From Macrostomum hystrix (lineage: Eukaryota > Animalia > Platyhelminthes), in assembly GCA_950097015.1 (NCBI GenBank), contig CATNEN010000003.1:3410001-3474000 (forward strand): a stretch of 64,000 nt of DNA, given 5' to 3'. Numbering within the stretch: position 1 is the stretch's first letter; every line of letters begins with the position of its first letter. Of the stretch, positions 51,501-60,736 are shown in pieces. The translations under genes were made by a program, and so were the position numbers. The notes beneath the pieces are model-generated. The model saw only the letters and a program-made list of their open reading frames with translations. It had not been told where the DNA came from and made no database searches.

Positions 51501-54500
51501 GAAGGTAGACTGATGGGATGAGAAGGTAGACTGAGGGATGAGAAGGTAGACTGAGGGATGAGAAGGTAGACTGAGGGTTGAGAAGGTAGACTGAGGGTTG
51601 AGAAGGTAGACTGAGGGGATGAGAAGGTAGACTAAGGGGATGAGAAGGTAGACTGAGGGGATGAGAAGGTAGACTGAGGGGATGAGAAAAAGAGTATGAG
51701 AAGAATGGGATGAGAAGAATGGGATGAGAAGAAGCGGAATGTTATCCTAAAATCGGTATATTCGCAGAGGTAGATCCGGACGAGAGACAGCAGGCTGCCG
51801 AATACCGTGACAGCCTCATCAACGGTGAGCACATGAGCTTTCTATAAGCTTCGTATTGCAAAATATGGTGATGGAAGCGAGAATAATTTAATTGTCATAT
51901 TCTTTCTCCAAATAATTTCAGCCTACCTCGGCGACTTCTCCGAGATCAGCCTTCACGGCTACGCCATCCGCGAAGCGCCCAGCCCGGAGGTGGCTGCGGC
52001 GCCGCCTCCGCCGGTGAAAAAGAAGACACCCACCCCACCTCCGCCAAAACCGGCTCCGCCGCCGCCAGAGCCAGCTCAGGAGTGAGGATGAATGACCAAG
52101 ATTTCAGAATGACCAAGATTGTTGAATGACCAAAATTGTTGAATGACCAAGATTGTTGAATTACCAAGATTACCAGACCCCACACAGTAGAATGACCCCC
52201 CACACAGTAGAATGACCCCCCGACACAGTAGAATGAACCCCACATAGTAGAATGACCCCCCACATAGTAGAATGACCTCCACACAGTAGAATGACCCCCA
52301 CACAGTGTGGCCATTCACACCTAAGCGAGCTGTCATTCTCACTCGAATAACTCCATGCGACTCAGGCCTGTGCGACAGCCGAAGGACATCCCGCGTCGGC
52401 ATTGGACAATTCACGATCCGGCGATTGAGAAGACCTACCCAGAAGCCACGGCCACCAATCAGCCATTCGATGTGTACATCGATCAGATTCGATACATGCT
52501 CGATGGCATCACCATTGTGAAGGTGATGATGGAATTGTGGGCACTGGCACATCACAGATGTGTACAACTGTCCTGACTTTCTCATCGTCAGGCAGTGTAA
52601 ACTTTCACTGCGCCTTGGAGGGGTTGGTCCCCACTCCCCCCTGATGACATCAGCCAAAAAAATCGATAAATCAATCACAAACTCCCCATTGCAGCTAACC
52701 GGTCGCTTCCTGAACACCGGTCACGACACCGACATACCGGACATCCTGCTGATCCCAAATCCTAAAGTGTCGCCTAGAAATTTAATGTTCTTCGCTAATC
52801 AGAGAGTTCAAGTGGCCGCGTCCGACGCGATGAATTTGAGCAAAGACAGCGCGCTGGTTATCAGGGTCTATACTCTCATCAAACCGGATCTGGAACTTGT
52901 GGTTGTTGGCACCTGCGTGCTGAAGATCTTCGATAGTCAGGTGAGCTTTGCTAATCTGCTACACAAAAGCCTCATTGTAAAAGTGGGAATTTTAGCCTAG
53001 TTGGTTAGAGCGTCGGGCTCACGACTTGAGGTCGGGGGTTCGTTCCCGACTCCTCTGGAACAATCTGTGTCCAGTAGGGAGACACTTAACTCTGCAATGC
53101 TTCAGTTCACCCAGCTGTTAAATGGGTACCAGCATTAGCTGGGGTAATGAGGGGTGGGTGAGGCTTCCCCCCGTCCATGGACTGAACAGCCGTACGCAGC
53201 CTTCAGATGCGCCGCGCATTAGCTGCGGCTGTGCTGTCGACTGCACATCTGCCCTAATTGTACAAGGGAAATCAATTTATTAGTAAATATTTTCAATTAT
53301 ACAATCTTCTCTCACCAATTGTACACAATCATCTGTCACCTATTGTACACAATCATCTCTCACCTATTGTACACAATCATCTCTCACCTATTGTACACAA
53401 TCATCTCTCACCTATTGTACACAATCATCTCTCACCAGTTGTACACAATCATCTCTCACCAGTTGTACACAATCATCTCTCACCAGTTGTACACAATCAT
53501 ATCTCACCAGTTGTACACAATCATCTCTCACCAGTTGTACACAATCATCTGTCACCTATTGTACACAATCATCTGTCACCTATTGTACACAATCATCTCT
53601 CACCAATTGTACACAATCTTCTCTCACCAATTGTACACAATCATCTCTCACCTATTGTACACAATCATCTCTCACCAATTGTACACAATCATCTCTCACC
53701 TATTGTACACAATCTTCTCTCACCAATTGTACACAATCTTCTCTCACCAATTGTACACAATCATCTCTCACTAGTTGTACACAATCTTCTCTCACCAATT
53801 GTACACAATCATCTCTCACCAGTTGTACACAATCTTCTCTCACCAATTGTACACAATCATCTCTCACCAATTGTACACAATCTTCTCTCACCTATTGTAC
53901 ACAATCATCTCTCACCAATTGTACACAATCTTCTCTCACCAATTGTACACAATCATCTCTCACCTATTGTACACAATCATCTCTCACCTATTGTACACAA
54001 TCATCTCTCACCAATTGTACACAATCTTCTCTCACCAGTTGTACACAATCTTCTCTCACCAATTGTACACAATCATCTCTCACCAGTTGTACACAATCTT
54101 CTCTCACCAATTGTACACAATCTTCTCTCACCAGTTGTACACAATCTTCTCTCACCAATTGTACACAATCTTCTCTCACCTATTGTACACAATCATCTCT
54201 CACCTATTGTACACAATCTTCTCTCACCAATTGTACACAATCATCTCTCACCTATTGTACACAATCATCTCTCACCTATTGTACACAATCATCTCTCACC
54301 TATTGTACACAATCTTCTCTCACCAATTGTACACAATCTTCTCTCACCAATTGTACACAATCATCTCTCACCAGTTGTACACAATCTTCTCTCACCAATT
54401 GTACACAATCATCTCTCACCAATTGTACACAATCTTCTCTCACCAATTGTACACAATCTTCTCTCACCAATTGTACACAATCATCTCTCACCAGTTGTAC

Positions 54501-57500
54501 ACAATCTTCTCTCACCAATTGTACACAATCATCTCTCACCAGTTGTACACAATCTTCTCTCACCAATTGTACACAATCATCTCTCACCTATTGTACACAA
54601 TCTTCTCTCACCAATTGTACACAATCTTCTCTCACCAATTGTACACAATCATCTCTCACCAATTGTACACAATCTTCTCTCACCTATTGTACACAATCAT
54701 CTCTCACCTATTGTACACAATCATCTGTCACCTATTGTACACAATCATCTCTCACCTATTGTACACAATCATCTCTCACCTATTGTACACAATCTTCTCT
54801 CACCTATTGTACACAATCTTCTCTCACCAATTGTACACAATCTTCTCTCACCAATTGTACACAATCATCTCTCACCAATTGTACACAATCTTCTCTCACC
54901 AATTGTACACAATCTTCTCTCACCAATTGTACACAATCTTCTCTCACCAATTGTACACAATCTTCTCTCACCTATTGTACACAATCTTCTCTCACCAATT
55001 GTACACAATCTTCTCTCACCAATTGTACACAATCTTCTCTCACCAATTGTACACAATCTTCTCTCACCTATTGTACACAATCTTCTCTCACCTATTGTAC
55101 ACAATCATCTCTCACCTATTGTACACAATCATCTCTCACCTATTGTACACAATCTTCTCTCACCAATTGTACACAATCTTCTCTCACCTATTGTACACAA
55201 TCATCTCTCACCAATTGTACACAATCATCTCTCACCTATTGTACACAATCTTCTCTCACCAATTGTACACAATCTTCTCTCACCTATTGTACACAATCAT
55301 CTCTCACCAATTGTACACAATCTTCTCTCACCAATTGTACACAATCATCTCTCACCAATTGTACACAATCATCTCTCACCAGTTGTACTCAATCTTCTCT
55401 CACCAATTGTACACAATCATCTCTCACCAATTGTACACAATCATCTCTTACCAATTGTACACAATCTTCTCTCACCAATTGTACACAATCTTCTCTCACC
55501 AGTTGTACACAATCTTCTCTCACCAATTGTACACAATCTTCTCTCACCTATTGTACACAACCATCTCTCACCAATTGTACACAATCTTCTCTCACCAATT
55601 GTACACAATCATCTCTCACCTATTGTACACAATCTTCTCTCACCTATTGTACACAATCATCTCTCACCTATTGTACACAATCATCTCTCACCTATTGTAC
55701 ACAATCTTCTCTCACCTATTGTACACAATCATCTCTCACCTATTGTACACAATCTTCTCTCACCTATTGTACACAATCATCTCTCACCTATTGTACACAA
55801 TCATCTCTCACCAGTAGTACACAATCTTCTCTCACCAGTAGTACACAATCTTCTCTCACCTGTTGTCAACTGCGTCATCCAGGGTCGCCTAAACACAGGC
55901 GGTCACCAGCTGCGCCTTCGAGAGCACTCCGCGGTCGTGTCGGCGAACAGCGGCGGCGCTGGACAGCCGTTGTCAGTCAGCCTGGATGCCATCAACAAAG
56001 CCAGGAGCTTGCCCTGCGTGACTGCGCTATTTCGGGTGCAGCCAACAACGGCCAGAGTGTGGGACGCGCCGGATTACACCGAGGGTTACTACCGGTCTGA
56101 GGAATGCCGCCCAACTGACTTTGAGCTGCGAGTCTTCATGGAGCACGACCGATACGAGAATTATCCGGAAAATTTTATTCCGCTGATTAATTATGTTCAG
56201 GCTAGGGATAACGCCAAGTCGTCGGCTAGTGACTATAACCAGGTAGGTCAGCTGTCATTCAGCCATTCAATCAGCCATTTATTGAATCGGTACCTCGTCG
56301 GCTCCACAGATAATGGCCTACGTACCGGGTCGCATGGATCCAGTACGATGTTTGCCGGCTAACACGGCTCCTAAGGCCATGCCGCAAGCTCTCTACTTTC
56401 ACTATCGTGCTCTCTCGGGCGCCTTCGTTCGTTTAGAGGCCGCTTACGGTCTGCCACGCGGAACAACGTCGGCGGCGGCCGCTGCGTCTACCTCGAAAGA
56501 ATTGATGTTCGGCGTGCTGATGTCAGTGATCGGAATCCAGCAGATGGAGAGCGTGCCGAGCAAGGCTTTGGGAATTGGACACGACACTCTGGCTGTGTTT
56601 GTGCAGTCTGGTAGGTTTGGAAACCTCTGGTATGGTTGCCCATGAATATCTGGCTGTTTAGTCTAGAAATGCGTCAGTTAGTGTAGTTCAGGAACGTTTC
56701 TCGTAGTGTAAATAATGATCGTTTTTAGAGTGTAGATAATGGTCGTTTCTGGTAGTGTAGATAATGATCGTTTCTGGTAGTGTAGATAATGGTCGTTTCT
56801 AGTAGTGTAGATAATGGTCGTTTCTAGTAGTGTAGATAATGATCGTTTCTAGTGTAGATAAATGTGTCTTTTAGTGCAGTTCAGGAATGTGTCTGGTAGT
56901 GCAGTTCAGGAATGTGTCTGGTAGTGCAGTTCAGGAATGTGTCTCGTAGTGTAGTTTATAAATTCGCTATGTATAGGGCGTTTCAGGGAAGTCTGGTGAA
57001 GTAGCATCACCTTTCGATGGATCGTCTCAACCCAACCGACAAATTTTCTCTAAAAACTAGGAGGCGGTCGCTTCTTGCGCCGCGCAGTGCAGCTTTGCCC
57101 CCGCTCGGATCACGCCAACTCCCTGCTGGTGCAGTTCTTTCGTCTGCCCAATGTCTCTTATCGAGCCGGTAAACTATACGAAAACGTCGTCGGTCAAGGT
57201 GAACAGGAGGTGAAAGAGCTGCGTGGCGAGCACTTTGTTGCTTGGGCTGTCTGTCCTCTGCTTAACGAGTGAGTTTACGTATTTCTGTAACGTCATTGGT
57301 CCTCGTAAATGTCACTTTAGTATGCTTCCCAGTAATTATCTGCATTTAGGAACAAATTCTCATGTGTTTGGTCGATAAGATTATTGTCCGCGAAAAAAAG
57401 TTACAGCTGTTCCTCCCTCGATACAACACGTAGTCATTTTCTTGAACCTACAGTCCTTCGTTGAAAGATTCTACAGTCCTTCGTTAATAGATTCTACAGT

Positions 57501-59884
57501 CCTTCGTTGATAGAACCTACACTGTCCTTCGTTGATAGAACCTACAGTCCTTCGTTGATAGAACCTACACTGTCCTTCGTTGATAGAACCTACACTGTCC
57601 TTCGTTGATAGAACCTACACTGTCCTTCGTTGATAGAACCTACACTGTCCTTCGTTGATAGTTCCTACACTGTCCTTCGTTGATAGATTCTACAGTCCTT
57701 CGTTGATAGAACCTACACTGTCCTTCGTTGATAGTTCCTACAGTCCTTCGTTGATAGAACCTACACTGTCCTTCATTGATAGTTCCTACAGTCCTTCGTT
57801 GATAGTTCCTACAGTCCTTCGTTGATAGTTCCTACAGTCCTTTGTTGATAGAACCTACACTGTGCTTCGTTGATAGTTCCTACAGTCCTTCGTTGATAGA
57901 ACGGGACAGTCTTTTGTCAATTGAGCGTCGAATCTACCAACGACAGTTTTGTTCGTCGATAGAACATTCAATCGTCTGTTGATCGAACGTACCTTCTTCG
58001 TTAGTTGATCAAATGCTCATCGACTCAACGTACCTTCGTTAGTTGATCAAACGTACTTTCATTCGTTGATAAAAGCGTAAAATCGTTCGTTGATTGAATA
58101 TACCATTGTTAGAATCATAAAATTTACTCTCGGTCTTTGATAAAAATATCTAGATTACTTCTAACAACGATAAATTTTACCATGATTCTTATTAATGACA
58201 AGCCTAATCGTTGATCTTTAAAGTCCATGCTCTAATTCTAGAATTGATTTCGATTTTATCGAGCCAATGTCAAATTTTACTCTCCTAACTCAGAGAATAC
58301 ACCTACAATGGCCGACATCGCGTTCCGGTGTTCAACCAATCAGACTTGCCCCTGACTGTCGGTCGGGTGAAGGCAATGCGAACTCGCGGTTTGACTGGCG
58401 CACTCAAGGCCGATGTTGGACTGCCAAATTATGTGGTGAGTCTGGTCTGGGATCTGCAATGCTTTGAATTGGAGAGACTGGCAAAGACTATCGATTCATT
58501 AGGGACATTGTTTCTCTGCTGCTGGGGGGATATTGGTTCTCTGCTGCTGGGGGGACATTGGTTCTCTGCTGCTGGGGGGATATTGTATCTCTGCTGCTGG
58601 GGGGACATTGGTTCTCTGCTTCTGGGGACATTGGTTCTCTGCTGCTGGGGCGACATTGGTTCTCTGCTGCTGGGGGGACATTGGTTCTCTGCTGCTGGGG
58701 GGACATTGGTTCTCTGCTGCTGGGGGGACATTGGTTCTCTGCTGCTGGGGGGACATTGGTTCTCTGCTGCTGGGGCGACATTGGTTCTCTGCTGCTGGGG
58801 AATATTGTATCTCTGCTGCTGGGGGGACATTGGTTCTCTGCTGCTGGGGGGACATTGGTTCTCTGCTGCTGGGGCGACATTGGTTCTCTGCTGCTGGGGA
58901 ATATTGTATCTCTGCTGCTGGGGCGACATTGGTTCTCTGCTGCTGGGGCGACATTGGTTCTCTGCTGCTGGGGGGACATTGGTTCTCTGCTGCTGGGGGG
59001 ATATTGTATCTCTGCTGCTGGGGGGACATTGGTTCTCTGCTGCTGGGGGGACATTGGTTCTCTGCTGCTGGGGCGACATTGGTTCTCTGCTGCTGGGGCG
59101 ACATTGGTTCTCTGCTGCTGGGGGGGGGTAGGTTTTGTCTGCTTAGGTTGCCAGCCATGAGGTGATTATGTTTGGAGCCAAGAGGAGGGAGCGTATTAGC
59201 TTATTGACAGGACTAGTGTAACTAGCATTATGAACTTAATAAGGCAATTGTATGAATCCTGAAATTCCGCTTGCGATTCCCGGATGGGGCTAAAATTTCA
59301 TTTTTATTCTAAATATAAATATATAAAAAATTCCAATTGTTAACTCAACCACTTGCAGGCAACTAGCAGCTCACTACTCTCAGTAGTAGATGGCCATCTT
59401 GACTACAAAGAAGCTCCAGATAATGCACCGGTTAGTTCAATTTATTTTACTCTTCAAAGTATACACGTGTTCTGTCGTTACTAAACAAAGAAGTGAAGTC
59501 AAAGGCCGACTATCGTTAAAATTTACAACAGTCACCTTATGTAAGATGTACCTTATTTCTTTCTTTGTTGTTTTACACGCAGGTTCACACCTCTGTCTAT
59601 CAGTACCTGACCAAGACAACACCGGTTGACTATCAGAGAGCTATCGATGCTGCTCAGCTAGAGACATCCAGCTTTGGACAGGACTGCCAAGAGGCTCTGG
59701 GCAATTTGATTGTGAGAGAGGGACCACTATTGTGTCTCATTTTTATATGGCTTAACCCGAGTCTTACCATCCTCTCTTCTGAAATCCCACTGAATTTTTC
59801 CAATACAACAGCCTTAATCTTCTCTCCAAATTTCAGGCTGCCGTACCCCGCAAGCAATACGAGCCATTGTTTGTTGCCGCCTGA
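39503..59884 (+). CDS. Gene C: uncharacterised protein of at least ~1176 aa with a degenerate Rab-GAP (TBC-like) domain, Pro-rich linkers and C2-like domains; 5' end not found
   Basis: 17 GT-AG exons with consistent phases: 39503-39743, 40446-40569, 42330-42504, 46731-47053, 48816-49232, 49431-49704, 50972-51127, 51922-52081, 52366-52522, 52695-52940, 55883-56242, 56310-56610, 57061-57268, 58294-58435, 59359-59430, 59583-59711, 59837-59884 (TGA). TBC-like motifs GRRLPQAMRQFVW, DPDFHAHL, KWIGEGFVGVL, FYWDQCF; C2-like strands ILGWSRL, VVGTCVLKIF, FVAWAVCPL. The exon 12/13 junction is least certain. Confidence 0.85.
39745..39985. repeat. 23-bp minisatellite (GTTCTAGGGTATTTGGTGTGGCT), gene C intron 1
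   Basis: Direct periodicity; begins at the donor. Confidence 0.93.
40760..41168. repeat. 14-bp (TGAGTCTCTCTCCT) array grading into a 12-bp (TGAATCTCTCCC) array, intron 2
   Basis: Direct periodicity. Confidence 0.92.
41845..42228. repeat. 23-bp minisatellite (GGGGTGTCTATAGTTGATCAGTT), intron 2
   Basis: Direct periodicity. Confidence 0.93.
42516..43057. repeat. 9-bp repeat (GGGTAGACA), intron 3
   Basis: Direct periodicity. Confidence 0.92.
43555..44097. repeat. 16-bp repeat (GAGATAGATTAGGGGT) containing TTAGGG, intron 3
   Basis: Highly homogeneous periodicity. Confidence 0.95.
44445..45395. repeat. 27-bp minisatellite (AGATTCTGTTTTACAGATTCTGTAATT; 14+13 subunits), intron 3
   Basis: Direct periodicity; source of the ITESVKQNL ORF. 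Confidence 0.96.
46075..46622. repeat. 20/21-bp minisatellite (GGTGGTTGAGCCCGTTTTAA), intron 3
   Basis: Direct periodicity. Confidence 0.94.
47080..48105. repeat. G-rich ~28-bp repeat (47080-47274) directly followed by a 7-bp polypyrimidine repeat (TCTCTCC), intron 4
   Basis: Direct periodicity. Confidence 0.93.
49740..50585. repeat. 12-bp repeat (GATAGATTCGTA), intron 6
   Basis: Direct periodicity. Confidence 0.95.
50590..50888 (+). mobile_element. SINE family 2 copy inserted near the end of the 12-bp array
   Basis: Colinear with other copies, two internal deletions; array sequence ATTCGTAGATAG on both flanks. Confidence 0.88.
51147..51730. repeat. 20/21-bp repeat (GAGGGATGAGAAGGTAGACT), intron 7
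   Basis: Direct periodicity. Confidence 0.94.
52088..52305. repeat. Two short related arrays (GAATGACCAAGATTGTT; GAATGACCCCCACACAGTA), intron 8
   Basis: Direct periodicity; both share GAATGACC. Confidence 0.85.
52552..52631 (-). mobile_element. SINE family 2 internal fragment, intron 9
   Basis: cctgactttctcatcgtcaggcagtgta matches the full copies. Confidence 0.75.
52985..53270 (+). mobile_element. SINE family 1 (CORE-like), intron 10
   Basis: A box TAGCCTAGTTGG, B box GGTTCGTTCCC; colinear with the reverse complement of 30830-31134. Confidence 0.88.
53300..55860. repeat. 24-bp minisatellite (AATTGTACACAATCATCTCTCACC), about 2.56 kb, intron 10
   Basis: Strict 24-nt period with substitutions only; ends about 22 nt before the exon 11 acceptor. 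Confidence 0.97.
56680..56955. repeat. Degenerate ~25-bp repeats (TAGTGTAGATAATGGTCGTTTCTAG and TAGTGCAGTTCAGGAATGTGTCTGG), intron 12
   Basis: Direct periodicity. Confidence 0.82.
57445..57902. repeat. 23/25-bp repeat (CAGTCCTTCGTTGATAGAACCTA), intron 13
   Basis: Direct periodicity. Confidence 0.93.
58500..59128. repeat. 25-bp repeat (GGGGACATTGGTTCTCTGCTGCTGG), intron 14
   Basis: Direct periodicity. Confidence 0.95.
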
Positions 59885-60411
59885 ATTGCAACCTATTGAA
59901 CTTAAAATGGTGATTTCTAATCACCGCTTCTTACTGCTAGTAGTGAGACTGTATAATCATGTTTTTAATCAGCTTTTTTATACCACTCTGTTAAATGTTT
60001 AATCAATGTTAAACACGTTTCCGTTTAAGGAGAGATTTTTTAAAATTAATTTTGTTATATTTTAGTTTGTTTCTTTTTTCTAAGACATCCTTTCTTTACT
60101 TCTTTGAGTAGAAAATTGGACGCATAAAAATACTACAATTTCAATATAGATGAGAAGAAATGTTAAATGGTACAAAACCTATGGTTCGATTTTCTGACTT
60201 TGACAAAAATAGAGTTTCCTCGTCCGAAAAGCAATCACTTGTTTACAAATAGATAATTGCTACGATAGGCTATAATATCGAACGAATTTAAACTTATTGT
60301 AGAAGTGTGACATGCAGAAAAAAAGTTTTTTCATTCAAGCTGCGAGTATTTACACATAGATCAGCAAGATATGGTATTTTTCTATAATAAAATGAGCAGA
60401 TGAACATTGCC

Positions 60412-60670
60412 GGGTGTACATTACCAGATGTACATTGCCAGATGTACATTGCCAGATGTACATTGCCAGATGTACATTGCCAGATGTACATTGCCAGATG
60501 TACATTGCCAGATGTACATTGCCAGATGTACATTGCCAGATGTACATTGCCAGATGTACATTGCCAGATGTACATTGCCAGATGTACATTGCCAGATGTA
60601 CATTGCCAGATGTACATTGCCAGATGTACATTGCTAGATGTTCATTGCCAGATGTTCATTGCCAGATGTA
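60412..60670. repeat. 14-bp repeat (GCCAGATGTACATT) between the stop codons of genes C and D
   Basis: Direct periodicity; each unit contains the palindrome ATGTACAT. Confidence 0.95.
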
Positions 60671-60736
60671 CAAGTGCGTGACTTCAAAGCTTGAGAGCGT
60701 CAGTAAGTTGCGCAGCTGCGAATTTCAAGCAGTGCT

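Noticed and set aside
53258-56362. 1034-aa ORF as a single protein
   Set aside because: Only 55883-56242 is a splice-bounded exon; the rest is the intronic 24-bp array, and the ORF starts at a TTG in a SINE tail
9790-59128. CRISPR array interpretation of the 23-33 bp repeats
   Set aside because: Units are head-to-tail without unique spacers, there are no cas genes, and the context is eukaryotic
963-60681. Long low-complexity ORFs (SHLSPVSSLPCLI, LSYLSPSLIS, ITESVKQNL, DRFV, LLGGHWFSAAG, MYIWQC and similar)
   Set aside because: They are translations of non-coding minisatellites, often open in several frames or on both strands, and many lie inside gene C introns
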